From Amoebophrya sp. A120 (taxonomy: Eukaryota; Protista; Dinoflagellata): a stretch of DNA of 64,000 nucleotides. Shown here in pieces: positions 48,371 through 62,100 of the stretch. How positions within the stretch are numbered: position 1 is the first letter of the stretch; the number at the start of each line of letters is the position of its first letter. The notes beneath the pieces are model-generated. The model had not been told where the DNA came from. It saw only the letters and a program-made list of their open reading frames with translations, and did no database searches. The stretch lies in contig CAJINV010000003.1 of the NCBI GenBank assembly GCA_905178155.1, forward strand, positions 2,955,715-3,019,714. Reading direction: 5' to 3'. The translations under genes and the position numbers were made by a program.

Positions 48371-49999
48371 GCTCGCCTCGTGTCTACAGGTCTAGGTCTA
48401 CTGCACAATGAACAAAAAGGAAGTATTTTTATTACCGCTTAGTTATACAAATATAACACTCCTGTGCAATTGATGGCAGTAATTTAATAGAGGATGCAAC
48501 GGAAATCCCGCGTGCAACTGCAACTTGCAGGCGAGGTCGAAAGTCATACCACTCAGAGGAATGGGTCCAATGATTTTTTCAATTTTGATTTGAGTGCGGA
48601 CATTGAGATCTCAAATTTCCATTCGATCGTAATGGCGCAAATCAATCGAGTGAACACCCCGCAGACAGGAGCTGCCGTTCCCGAGAACTATTGTTCTAGC
48701 GGAAGAATACCAATTTTCATCGGCTGCCGCATTTTCTATTTTTTGTGCCGTCGTATAGACTTTTTTTTGTTTGGAGCCCAGCGTTTCGAGCAAATCACGT
48801 AAATTCACCCTGCCAAGGCCAACGTCGAAAGGTATACAAAGGATCACCTGAATAAAAATAAAAGGTGTTTCGCGGTCGCGAAAATAGTCGTAGATTTGAT
48901 CTGAAGCGCAGAAGCTGATAACTCAAGGAAGCTAATTGAATCAACGAGGATAAAACGAAATAACTTGCTCAGTGAGTCTCAAATTTTCGCATCAACCAGC
49001 GTGGGGCCCAGACGAGAAACGTCCGGGGTGGATTTCTCGAAGGTTGAAGTAAATAAAAGTGGTCGTGTGATATCATAATCCTGGTTCGTTTTCTGAGAGT
49101 TCAGGAAAGAGGAGAGCACTTCGCTCCATAGATAAACGCGAAGGTTTTTAAGCGAGCATTGACAACGCAGAGTTTATCCACGGCGCTCTTTTTCGAAGAT
49201 ACTTTGTATCTGTTGGTAGTGGGGGCTGTCTAGTAACTTGGTCAATCTGCACGTAGAGTTACGCACAAATTTCTCGCACTCATTCCGTCGTCGTCGTCGT
49301 CTTGGTCCCTATCGAAAAAATGAGAAAACCTATGGTCCTCGGGTAGATCGATAGAAACCAAATTTCGCTGATGAGTACATCTCGCAAGCGGGTTGCCTGA
49401 AAACTCACTGCTAGATGCGTCGCTGACGTTCGCTTTTTGTAGTTGTAAAGTGGACCTTCGCAAATCATTTTGGGGTTTATTGCTGAAAAACTAACAGGTG
49501 TGCTGCCCGCCCGATTTAGTGTCAAAAATGGCTTCGAGATGAAACCCTCGAATTTCGTGTCGAATCGAAAAAAGAAACAAAAGGTAAGGTACAAAGAGAG
49601 TTCTTCCCGAAGGCTAAAGATATCGTTGTGAAAAAGTTGAGAACAAAAGTTGAACATCCAGTTAGTTGATCATGAGAAACACAGAGTCGCTGTCGCATGA
49701 ATACAGCAAGAATGCTTTTTATTTCAAGCGCTGCATTTTCTGCATACCCTTGATGACTTCCTTGGCAACCGACTTAGCCTTCTGCTGCTGCAGCGGAGTA
49801 GCCTTGTTTGTGAAACAGCCTTCCACCAACTTCCCTTTTGGCCCGCGCTTGCTCTGTTGATGTTTTTCGGTTTTTTTTTTATTTTTTCGAGCTCGGACGA
49901 ATTCGAATGCACGGCACTGAGCCACCTCTTCGCTGTCAACATATTCGTAACTGTACCTACTTCCACTTGAAGTTTTTTGTCTCTCGACTAGGAGTACTA

Positions 50000-51828
50000 C
50001 TACATGCTATTCACAAAACATTCTACCTGCAATGGCCACATCTTGACTATGTCCGAAACGGCTGGCAGGGGATCCAAGGGCTCCTGCAATTTTGTCACCG
50101 CCGAAGCTGATGCACTTGAGAAAACGCTCATGCGCGAGTTTTCGTCGCCCTCTGTCAATTCCACATCGTCCTGCTCGTCGTTGTAATCGGGCAACAGAAA
50201 CTCACTAGCCTGCAGCGTCTCCCCGAACTTCTTGATCGATGCATCGCGCAACTCCGCCAACATCTCGGAAGCCGTTGCTCTCACCTTCGGGTCGCTGTCA
50301 ACCAGTTGGACAATCCACTTCCGGAAAAAAACCGGCACCAGGTTTAGATGGGGGCTGTGATAGAATTCAGATTTTCCTGCCAGCAATCTTCTAAATTGAA
50401 TAGAGCAGATGAAGTACTTTCGGGGGCTAACTCGAAATCTATCATGACTACTCAAAAACACAGCAAGACGCACTATCATCATTCACGTAAGATTAAGATA
50501 CAAGTCGGCCTCTTCCAGTTCCGCGATGAGGTGGTTCTGCGCCTCCCACAGCTTGCTATGCGGAATATGCTCACAATTTTGGTCCCACTCCGATGAGAGC
50601 GCGGTGCACATGCTCCTTTGGCTGTGCACATTCGTCCAGATCAAGGCAAGGATCATACCTGTCGAAGGTGAAAGCGCAAAGCATTCAAAATGAAGATAAA
50701 AAACCGCACATCAATCACAAGGTTGAAGAACGGAACTGAAACGAGATGAACCTACAAGTTAGTACAAAGCCATGCTTCGAGATATTATTCCTTCTGAAAA
50801 ACAAAAAGCGATCAAACATACCGAGCGAGAACTGGTCGTTTTTGATGCTGTTGTACTGCGTTCTTCTGGAGACGCACTTCAACAACTCTGGACTGGCGCA
50901 GGAGACGTTCCCGGCGGCAACCGTCACTTTTCTCGTGTTGTCGCCCCACCGCGCAGCACCCCAGTCGATCAAAAACGGCGTCTTGGTCTTCTTGTCAATC
51001 ATGATGTTGTCCGGCTTCAAATCTCCATGGGAAATCTCGTACTTTTCGTGCAGGAGCGAAAGTGCTTGGATCAGCTTGCAGCTCCACCTCATCGCCTCTC
51101 TCACCTAAAAAATTTCAAATTGTGTTTCTTATCTGTAAGCCTCCAGCTCTCCTAATTTTATTTCACGCAGACGCGCATATCCCCGGCTATGCACTTGAAT
51201 GATGACCAAAGGCGCATGCAACTACATCAATACGCTAGATACGACTAGAAGCGCAGCCAGATGTACTTGTTAACAAAGCGGCTTTCGTGTTCAGTAGCTA
51301 GCTTTCTCTTTCAAAAAATACTTGTTCCAAACATCAAAACCAATGTATCAATACCGTGATCTGGCGCTTGTTCAGCGCGTCGTGCAGAGACCCTCCGTGC
51401 ACCCGCTCAAGGCGTAGCTGTAGCTTCGTTCCCAGCGAGATTCCAGAGTTGGAATCGTCTCCCACCAGCACCGGCTGCTTCCCTCGGGGGGTGCTGGCTC
51501 GCGTGGCTGCGCTGGAGGCCGCACTGTTGGTCCTTGCGCCGGCGGAGGAGGAGGAACTGGAAGTAGCCCCCACGCGGCCCCCGCGATTCTTAGAAGAGCT
51601 GCTACTGGCCGCCGTCACAATCTGGGCGGACGCCAGCCGGGCGATGAAGGGTTTCAAGTCTTGCTGCTCGCTCATGTACTTGAGCACGGTGCGCTCGGTG
51701 TACGCGTGGGCTTGGACCCCCCGGCCGTCCACCAGCTCCGAAACCTCGTAGGTCTTCCACCCAAACTGGTCCGGGTTCCGGACGTCGGGCTTGAAGCCCC
51801 CAAAAGCTCCGCGTTCCGCTTCCGCCAT
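50000..51828 (-). CDS. Ser/Thr protein kinase (multi-exon, both ends uncertain)
   Basis: Catalytic loop HGDLKPDNIMID, DWG in the DFG position, ASPE, NDQFSLG and DPKVRATASEML (subdomain XI). Confidence 0.8.
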
Positions 51829-54636
51829 TTGTATTGGTACTGTTGCGAGGGAAGTACTTGCTTGGCTTATGGTTGCTTGTAGTGGTCACACGAATCAGAA
51901 CAAATTCCTTTTACTATCTTCTGCCCGATCAATGATGAAATGGGTGCCGTTACGATGCCGAAAAAAAAATTGCGGACTGTGTCTGTTTTGATGGAGCAAC
52001 TCTCGTCGAACCTCTCTCGGTGAAACTGCTAGATTCTGTATCAATTTCAATTTCTAATATTACATGAAAACTTTTATTTTGTAGTTTGGGTCGTTGTCTA
52101 AGAAAATCCTGTCACCTGTGGGAGGAGGAGTCTTTACGCAGATTGATAAACCAGGGTAACAAGGACGCGAACCAAATCAATTTCGAAGTATGTCTTCTGA
52201 CAAAACCTATTTTACAAAAAAAAAGAACAAAACTAAGAATACAAGCTCAAACTTTAACAACAGGAACAGATACAATGACGATCCAGATCATACAGCAAGT
52301 CTTTTCGATCGCAAGCATTAATTTTCTCTTCCAAAAAAAGAACGGGTGAGCATTTGAAAAAACAAACTAGATGGGGATTTTTTTCGAGAATAAGTGGATT
52401 TTCCTCGGAACAAAAGTAGTCAAATTTCATCCTATTTCTCGGTCGGTTCACGAAAGACCAAACTCACACACCCAATCTCCTCGGGACCAGATTTTTTTGT
52501 TCTTTCGAGCCTGGCAAAACATGAGATCCCCCGAACCAACAAAATGCCGTTTACGACCCAAAATCTCTCACCGTCAACGTACGAGCGACCTACTGTCCGT
52601 GGTCGAGAGCATGGAATCATGACGAGAACTTAGTGAGAATGTCTTTGCTTGTCTTCACCGCCATCACGATTACTTGAGATTTAAACGCTGTCACAATTAC
52701 CACGAAGGAGCAAATCATCTCCGTGGCGGTCAATACCTGATACGAAAAGACGAGATGCCTGCCTCAAGACAAACGCTCGTGCCTCATGGGGTGTTCTGGG
52801 TGCCTTTCCGAAATTGAAGATATTCCACTGTTTATACGCGATTAGTAGAAACCAACTTTTACCATCTTCATCAGGACCAAATGCAAAAGTACAGCAACAG
52901 TGGGTGCATTGACTAGAGATGGAATACTTGAGATCTAGGCCTGTGAAAGCAAGGCGCACGAAAAAGAATTATGAGTGGTCCGCCTGATCGTGGAATGCGG
53001 AGACCGATCGAAATGAAGAATAACTCCGCGCCACGATACTCAACTAGTTCTGCTGGTCAGCGTTCGCGCTCAGTCCAGTTACGTGAAGCGGTTCTATCGA
53101 TCTCGTCGCTATCCGACATGTGAAGCGTTCTCTCGATCGCGTGGCTATTCGACATGTTGTAGACTGACTGTAGACGAAGGAATTCCTTTCTTGGTCCAAT
53201 AATCCGCTCAGGCTCCGCCGCACGTCCAACCAAGACCGTGCGTCACAACTGGTACCACACTCGGTCCGTTGTTCCGCACGATGCCACCCACGTAGCGCGT
53301 CATATGCTCCTGTGAAAGCTCTGGTATTCCGGCCTGGTGTGCGCGAACTGCATAGATTTTGCTGATCTTTTCAGTCGCCAAAAGAGCCTGCGCCCCCAAT
53401 GCACGTCCCTCCTTCCTCGAGCGGCTTTCTGCCCTATACGCATCACGTACAGGTCAACCCCGATTTGCGCCGCGATCCCGTACTGCCCAGCTACGCCTGG
53501 AGATCACACCCCTTTAAACGATTTTCTTCCCCACGTCCTCATCTCCCCGTGCGACCGCAACTTCGACACGTCCGTCCCCGCACGATGAGACCACTATCAC
53601 CATCATCATCTAGTCCCCCACTGGGTTGAGACAGAAACGCAAACGAGGCAATCCATCACTACGCGCTGCTACGAGAAATCGCCGCACGAAGCCCTGGACG
53701 TCCATCCTTGCGCAAGTGTCACTCTCACTGTCCATGAACGGAATCCACTATTTCCGCTTTCTAAGGCGCAACGACCGACGACCATCGTGCCATGGAGCAT
53801 TCCGCGGAACGGCGAGTGTCCTTGCCGCTGCAAGGAAATACACTTTGATCGGCTGATGGGTGACCCTAAGACGACCATCGCACCCTGAATCCCCAAAGTC
53901 GACCCGACACGAGCTGGGTGGTGATAGCTGCGGATGAGTCCCTTGCTATAGACGAAGCGCACTCGGGACGCGCATAAGTACATTGCGGCAAATCGTACGT
54001 CATCACTCACCCCTCTCTTATGGTGCAGCTCTCTAGAGAACGTGTACAACCAATGGACAAGGCACGGAGTCGCCCCGACGAGTCGCATCGTCACGATGTG
54101 AAGCTGTAGAAGCCACGAAAGTCCAGTCCAGATAGGGACACTCTCTGAATTAACAACAGCAGGCGTGTAATTACATTGAGATCTACATGCTGCAGACTGT
54201 CGCTGCAGCAAAAACGAGCGAGCACGCCAAACCGATTTGACGTGCGCAGCGCACGATCAACGAATTGTCATCCTAAAGGCGACTTGTCGTTCCCAACACA
54301 GCCCCTGCACTTCCGGTGAGTGCATACTTATCTCTCTTAACGCAGGCATTTGGTACCGTCAGAGTCAGAAACACAACGATAACGAAGAGAGCGAACACTA
54401 GAAAAAACCTTTTGTACAAGTGCAAACTCACAGCTCATACGCGTGATGGACGGCGCTGCTTTTAAAGATAGAATCTAGCTTCAAGAATCACAGTGGCATG
54501 TGTTTTCAATCACCGAATGTGTTCTTCAGTGACCAAGTGTTCTTTCTCGAAGTCTTCGTGTGACGTGAAGAAGAGAAGTGAATTTCGTAGCAGAGTTCAG
54601 TTCGACAAAGTCTAGGCACGACCATCACGTACAGAC

Positions 54637-55508
54637 TTACTTGTTGGCCTTGAAGTTCTTCTGCTTCTGCGCGCCGGCCTTTTGCTGCGGCATCTTGTTT
54701 TGCTGGATCTTCTGCTTCGGCTGGGTGGACTGGGGCTTGGAAGCGCGCTTGACCTGACGGGCCTTGGCCTCCTTCACCGCGGTTTCCTTAGCGGCAGCGC
54801 GAAGGGTGTCCTTCTGCATGCGCTTGGCGCGCATGTCTTCCAAAGTCAGACCGACGATGGCCTGTGGTGTGATGGAAAATAAATTGTTTCTTCCAGGACG
54901 AGTTGTTGTTAGTTGCCCGAATTTCTAAAACGAGACACTGGTATAGACTTGCAGAAGCGCGTGCAATTAAGGGAAAGCAGAATTTAGATTGATTTGACAC
55001 CGGGCAAGAGCAAAAACAAAAGATTCGATACCTTCTGGAACTTGGTTCCCTTCTTCTTGGCGCGGCGGTTGTTGACCTCCAATTTACCTGTTTTTTAGTT
55101 TTATTTCCGATAATCAAAATGAGAACAGCTGCGTGAGAAAAGCAACAACGGATCCGTTCGGTGAAATGTGCACAGCGACTGATCTCCCAGATCCTCTGCC
55201 ATACCCATACCAGCACAGATTTAGAAGCTATCAGATTGAAATGCAAAGCAATTGCGGGAAAAAGAAGAAACATGAATAGATACACAGCACCAGACATATT
55301 CATGTCGTCTAATTATACCTTTCTTGTTCATGCGACGCCAAGCCTGGGACCAGGTCAGCTTGACCGCCTTGATCTTCTGGTGGAAGAGGGAGTCCGCCTT
55401 GGCGGTGATGAAGAAGCTCACCTTACCATCCTTGGCGACGAACTTCTGCCCCCGGCCCGGGTAGATCTTGTACTCGGTGTAGTTACAGATGTCCGTTTTC
55501 ACGACCAT
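54637..55508 (-). CDS. RPL24: 60S ribosomal protein L24 (eL24), 3 exons
   Basis: YKIYPGRGQKFVAKDGKV...LTWSQAWRRMNKKG|KLEV..KFQK|AIVGLTLEDMRAKR; GT donors at 55318 and 55031. Confidence 0.95.
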
Positions 55509-56604
55509 TTTGACACAACGAAGAGAAAACCTGCTACTGCTTCTCTCCTAGATTCTACTTCTTGCCCTGTTCAGTGGTGAGTTTGCAGCAAAATAGTGCC
55601 ATAAGAAAAAAAGAGCCAGGACAGACTATGATCGAAAAGAACAATTTCTTCGCGACAGCGATCTTTGCATTCCGAAACAATTTAGATCTTCCGGAAATGG
55701 ATCCGTCACGTGACCAAGGGTGGAGCGTCTTTGAATTTTAGCGATCTAGATCTTGGATTGCTAACATAGCTAAATCTGCACAATTGCATCTCAAGAGCCA
55801 TTCAAGACTGACCATACACGATTTAGATCCACCTGGAAGAAGCGAGCCTCGATTTCTTAGTACGCACGAGACCGATATTTAGATACGGACCTTCGCATAT
55901 TCGGATCTTGATCGGATTTAGAATCTTGAGGCAAATCCTAAAGAAACTAAACAAGGTTTTTTCAATTCCATGCAGCCATGTTGTGCACATCAGGTGGAGG
56001 CTGGCTGGCTTATTTGCCCAATATGATCTTGACAGATTCCAGTACTAAAGAACGGCCCTTTCGGCTTTTTCGGCAAGCCTCGGGGAATCTAAATCGCATA
56101 TCTGAATTCTCAAAACTCAAGTGAAATCGGATTCAAACGCGAGGATCTCGAGTCAGTGTCGCTCCTGATCTTTAGAAATTTGAGTCCTCCGAATCGTCGT
56201 CATCGTCATCATCAGACGGCTCTGACTTGTCCGAGGCCTCTACCAGCACCTCGGCCTGGTTTGTTCCCGGCTCCGTCACTGTTGTAGGTCCGGCCCTTGC
56301 TCTGCCTCGACAGGAGGGGCCCCGGACACCAGAGGAACTTGATGTAGTACCTGCTCCTGAGCTCATCTGCAGCACATGATCCCCCGCTTTGCTACTGTTG
56401 GAGTGCGGCCGGACGCTCGCGCCCTGTGGTGCAGTCTCGTATTCAGCCGCCACTGTTCTCGAAGCTTGCGCACCGTGGCCGAGCGCCGCATTCACAGAAC
56501 CCCCGTTTGCGGAAGTAGGGCCGAGTGTAGTACTAGTCGCGCCGCCTGCGCCTAAACCGGTCGAGGCCGCCGCGGCCCTGCTGCCAACGCGACCTGCGCC
56601 CGAG

Positions 56605-58185
56605 CTAGATGGATACCCTGCTGCTGGCGCTTCCCCCGCACTGTCGCTCTGGTCCTTCTTCTTCGCTCGCTGCTTCCGAGGGGAAGTTTTCTGGGACGAT
56701 CTCCACAGTCTTCGATTTCGCAGCGAGTGCTTCTTGGCATTTTTGGATTGCCGCTTCGTCAAGACGACCGTGTGATCTCTGCAGTCGTCGATCTTCAACC
56801 GCAGCTATGCAGTGCAAAAAAACCCTCTGGCTCTCAGCATCGCTTTCTTGCTTCAACTGTTTTTCTTTCCTCTTCTTCTCTCTCTCTTCGCAGTACTGGC
56901 CTCTTTTCAAAATTGCCGCTCTGATGTTCTTCATTTGAAGATTATAATACAAAATGCAGCGACCTACTGATGAAGGATGGTCGTGCGTGTGCCCAGTAGA
57001 ACGCGGGAGCAGCTCACGCTGGAGTCAGAAAAATCATGCGGATGAGCAGACACCTGAAAGCGAGCCCGATTTCTGCACGAGCCAGAGACCACCCCCTTCG
57101 ACTACTACCCTTGCGTACTTCTGGGCTAAGGAATTGGAACCAAAACTTGGTCAGTGGATCCAGTCCGACGTCGGTGTACGCATACTGCCATCTGGGAATC
57201 CCCAGGTGCGTCATCATCAGCCGGTAATAACTGGTAAAACCGTCCGCAATGAAAAACCAGGCACCGCTGACGTCCTGAAACCACACCCCGGACCAATTTC
57301 CCTCCTCCAGTGGCTGCGCCTCTTCCGCCGGGGCTGCTGCCGTCGTCACGGTCGTCCCGCCCGTTAACGTTGTTGTTGTTGTACCCGGGTCGCTTATCTT
57401 CCGCCGCAGGCAGACTTTCCCACCGACGCACTTTAAATCGAGGTCAAAGTACGCGTACCCGCTTTCCTCCGCTACGCTTCGAAACTGCTCCAGATTGTTC
57501 AGGTGCATCGACCCGTACGGAAGCACCTTTGACCGGATAGCAGCAGACCACTTCAGGTACAGACCTTTATTGACAGTTTGTTTTTGTTTTGATGTTCTGC
57601 CGAAACCGATAGCATCCTGATCTTTCCTACTGCGATTCTTCGCACTCAGTCGAATGTTACCCGGTACTAAAAGTCGGCAATCTAGTAGGATTGCGGCACT
57701 CATTGGAAATCCAGAGGACGCCGACGTCCAGACATGTTTCAGTTGTTTCACCAAAGAACGAGAGACTGCTTAAGCATCAAACATGATTTTCAGCACATCA
57801 CAGTCGGTCGTTTGCAAGAAGAAAAATTGCAGCACCGTCTAAAAGAACCAACCATTTGTTATCTGCAGAAACGCCTTCAGATCGTCTGGGAGCCGCAACC
57901 CGTGCCTAGTTTCCCAAGCATGGATGGCAGACCCGGGGCATGGGACTCGATATCCAATGCAAATATTTGTGTCCGGGCCAACTTAGGCACGTGTAGTGTC
58001 AAGCAGATTTTGCAATGATGTACGAAACGCGAAGATGCTCCTTCTCCCTCGTCTGCAGACCCGGACTAAATATTTGCATTGGATATGGGACCTTGAAGAA
58101 TGATCTCTGAAACACCCTGGTGCCGCTCCAAGTACTCGATTGCACAGAGCGAGAGATCGTCGAAATGGTCGATGCGCCGCTTCAT
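56605..58185 (-). CDS. TPGS2: Tubulin polyglutamylase complex subunit 2-like (SMI1/KNR4 fold)
   Basis: AWE..LPDDLKAFLQITNG, LPYGSMHLN, GKVCL, WFQDVSGAWFFIADGFTSYYRLMMTHLGIPRWQYAYTDVGLDP. 3' end uncertain; it may extend to 56172. Confidence 0.8.
57951..58085. mobile_element. Short family-A-like TIR introner (135 bp)
   Basis: TATCCAATGCAAATATTT-GTCCGGG at both ends, inverted; flanks diverged (sense TCCCA/TCGAG); removing the element plus 5 nt restores ILQG(RV/PI)PCPGSAIHAWE. Confidence 0.8.
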
Positions 58186-59148
58186 GATGCCTCGCAGCTC
58201 TCTGGGTTACTAGAGCATCGTGTTTATGGACGGGATACAGTATTGAAAACTAAGTACGCAGTTGGCGCTTCTGCTCGAAAGGTTTGTTCGTTTTCTTTGC
58301 GATCGCGAATTCGGTTCGAGGCCTTTCGTACGGAGTTTCTTTGTTCAAGGCCTCAAGGAAAAAACTGCCAAATTTACGCCCAACTCTCGTGCACAGTCAC
58401 AAATACTTCCAATTAACGAAACTCAGCTCCAGGCCATGCAGAACGCACGAAACGTGGTCTACATGTATCTTCTATTGGCCCATGCGCGAACAATATGAAG
58501 ACCCGGCGGTTTATGTCGCTTTTCAGAAGCTCAAGCAAAAGCACAAGCGGCTAAGCGTTATCGGCAGATTAGACGAGGGGCAATCATCTTTGCTACATGA
58601 CATTTGGTTGTTGTGCTGTGGTTCAAATATGAACATGTGTCGACCTTCAATTTGCCGCCTTTGCGGTTAAACAAAAACAGAAGTCATCATGTACAACGCA
58701 AAATTTCGTGCTAGTAACCGCATTTGCGGTCTGCTTCTTTGTGAAAAAAATCTTACATCCTGAACTTTTTCTTGCCAAGTATAAATTTCTGTTGCCATAA
58801 TGCCATTAGGAACTGGTTGTAGTAACCCTATTCAATCGTCTATTCGAGCTGTGAACCCACGTACTTATCGCGTTCCTCAACGGAAATAATGTCGTGGGTT
58901 CGTCCACAGACAGTGGCCGTACTTCGAGAAATTGTGTCGTGCGGAGGCAGCACCAGAAACCTCCTGCCCGTACCAAGCGACCTTGGTTTTGCGCCGGCAC
59001 GCGGTTTGGAAGACGTCTTATGTTGGTGAAAACGCGGCAAGTATGCGGCAGCAACTTCGAATTCGGAAATACTTCTTCTTCATCCTCACCACCGCAGCAG
59101 AAGAGTACAACTCCTCGCTTGCGATGGTCAGCGGGACCCCGTGTTCGC

Positions 59149-62100
59149 TTATGTAGCAGAGGATCCCTCGTACATGTATCAAAGTGAAAAAAACCCCCAC
59201 CCCATATCGGAAACGGAAGACGCGCGAATTTGTGATGCTGTATTTGAGTACACAAATCGACTTGTATTGCTAGAGGGCCAAGAGACGAAGCTGCGGCCTA
59301 AATTGCAGGCAATCTGTCATGCTGTTTCCCACTTCCAGTTGCCTCCTGTCATCCTGGAGCTGCAAGGCTTTCCCACGCTAGGCAGCACTACAGTCCGCAC
59401 TTTTTGCCTTCTAGCATCACAAAGCTGATTTGTGACCACAAATCTGCATCACAGATTTCCGTTTTGATATGGGAAGGGGGCATTTTTCATTGAAATAACA
59501 TGTCGTCACGCTTCAGGTACTCCTCCGTCTCGGAGCCGAAATCCGCCATGATAATCCGCTTTTTGATGTACGTATTTTCCTTCTGGTCTTCCACGCAGTG
59601 ACTCGCACGGACGCACCCCGTTTTGCACGTCCTGGGATTGGACGCATCCGCCGCAAGCTCGTCGCACTTCGTTTGTGTTATTTGCTTGGTCTTGTCAAGG
59701 GGGTTCGGTATGGGGTTGAAACAAAATCTCTCCGCACCTTTCTCTTTCTCAAATTGTTCTTTATTACGTCTCAGGACGGAGCGCTGGTGCGCTAACTACA
59801 ACTCGGTGCTGGCATGCAAAGAGAGGCGCGAAGGAATGGTATTGCGTTCAACTTTGATATCAAACAAAATCGCAGCGCAGTCGGCCGCACTGATTAGAAA
59901 GACGATGTCCCCCGGCTTGGCCTGTTTTGTGCAGGTTTAATATTTTTGGTACAACACGAACAGTATCGCTCGTGAAACGAAAAACGCCTCGTCGTTCCAA
60001 CGCGGAATCACGTCAAGTACTACTTCTGAGAATTATTTAACGGTTATTCTGCGTACATCATATCCTTTCGATTTTTAGGTGCAGCAAAAAGAAAACCTTC
60101 TGTGGGGTCGTCCCGCATCGAAATGAAAAATCCCCCCACCCCACACTCGAACGGAGGCTTGTCATCGACGGGATCTGTGTACACAAATCGTCTGCCACGG
60201 GATCGCAGCTCCCTCCCAGAACTTTTGATGTGTGACGTAGCAGTATAGCTTGCATTCGCGTACGTTGGATGGACGCATCATGCAGGCTAAAACGCAGTGG
60301 ACATCGGAACTGCCTAACTCATCTCACTCTCTCTTCATGCTAAACATCTGCGACCACAGATCAGCATGCCAAACCTCACTTTTCAGTAAGGGGAAGGATG
60401 ATTTTTGCTCGGGATATCCCGTCTTCTTGGACGTGAGTCACGTACTCCACGCTACCGGTCGCACTGCCACCTGGTTTTCTATGAACCTGAACCGTGCCCC
60501 ACAGCCAGGTAAATTAAGGAAAAGTTGTAAAAAAAAAAATTGTCCTGATGCAAGAAGTCGAAAGACTGCATATTTATAGGATTAGCGCTCCTTACAGTGG
60601 CCAGTGATCGATTTGAAGCACAGTGCTGCAATGCAAACTCTCTACCATGACAATATTGCAAATGTTACTTAGTAAACGCCATACACAAGGTGAGGTTCTT
60701 CATCACGAGCTTCCATCAGAGTTCGCATTACCAACATTGGTGAGGCACTCTTCAAGTTGATATTTCCGAACCTTGAGCTCCAGACCGTCAGTCGGGACGG
60801 TGATTCGGTGCAAAAACATGTAGTATCACACAGAAAAAAAGAAGCAGACCGTATCTCAGATGCAAAACGAAACCCAGAAAAAATCCCCTGCAGCGTGCTG
60901 TCTCAGCGAGGAAAAACAATGCCCAAGAAATTCATTTCTGCATCATCATAATCATCATCATTTATCCTGCACTTGGGGAGAGGGGGCGTGCGGAGGGGGG
61001 ACGTGCAGCATCATCATCATCATCATTTATCCTGCACTAGGGGGGGACATCAAAATTGATATCGCGCGCTAGCTCTATTTTCCCGGGATAACATGTTGCT
61101 TAGTGTCACAGCGATCCGACTCGCTATCCGGGCCGGGTGTGCGGCCTTGTTCCTCTACATCTACTGATAGTACGATCTCATACCCGAAGGCTAACAGGAA
61201 GAGATGAACTGCCGACATGATCATGTGAGCACGTAACAACATAAATATTTCACGAGATAGATGTCGGGGCAGGGACGTCTTCATACAGTATCGCTGTGAA
61301 ATTTTACCCACCACCACTTCAGCTAAAGGCTTGCGATCGCTTTCGTTGCAGCACTCACGAAGCCGCTACTTTTTGCTGCATGCCCAAGAACTTGTACCGT
61401 TCGCCTTCTACTTTCGTGCAGAACCAGAAGGTAAAAAAGACTCAAGCAGGCATGACTCATGCAGAAGTAAACTTACTCGACGCCTATTTTTCATGCTGTA
61501 GCTTCGGATTTATGGTGGTGACTATCGCTTTTCACTGGGATATTGAAATGCACAAAACCGCCGCAATCCTGTGAAGGCATCGATAAATGTTTTGCCAATT
61601 CATTCAGAATTCGCAGCAAGCTACTTGGGAAAATATGCATTGACTTCACGGTCACCATCCCACCTGTCCTGTATTTGTGCCAACCACACGATAAGAAAAA
61701 AGAAGTATATGCGGTAGCTCCAGCTGCTGCGCCCGCAAATAAATACCTTGTTCTTGGAACACATTTCCGCCGCGAGATCGAGCTGCAGGGCCGTTGTGCC
61801 TGCCTCGGATTTCTTGATGATCGCATGCTTTTTTGGTTTTCCCCAGCGACAGAACTCCGTTCGACCAGGCGGCAGGTAGTTGAGCACGGTCTGGTTGTAG
61901 TGCGAGAGGATCGTTGTTTCCTGAACCCCGGAGTCTTCAATGGATTTTTTCGCTAGCTCCGTCAGACACGGGAACTCGACCATCAGAGCGTGCAGCCCGT
62001 TTGTGCAGTCCTGGCGCTTGTACTGCACGAAGGCCATCTTCGGGTGCCAGTCCTTCATGAACTTCTTCTGCGCTAAGTCGGCGCTCACCTCCGCTGTCAC

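Noticed and set aside
50337-50503. Non-canonical intron in the kinase gene (ACTTG/ACCTG flanks)
   Set aside because: No TIR is present, and an in-frame canonical GT-AG solution exists (EEADF|PHLNLV).
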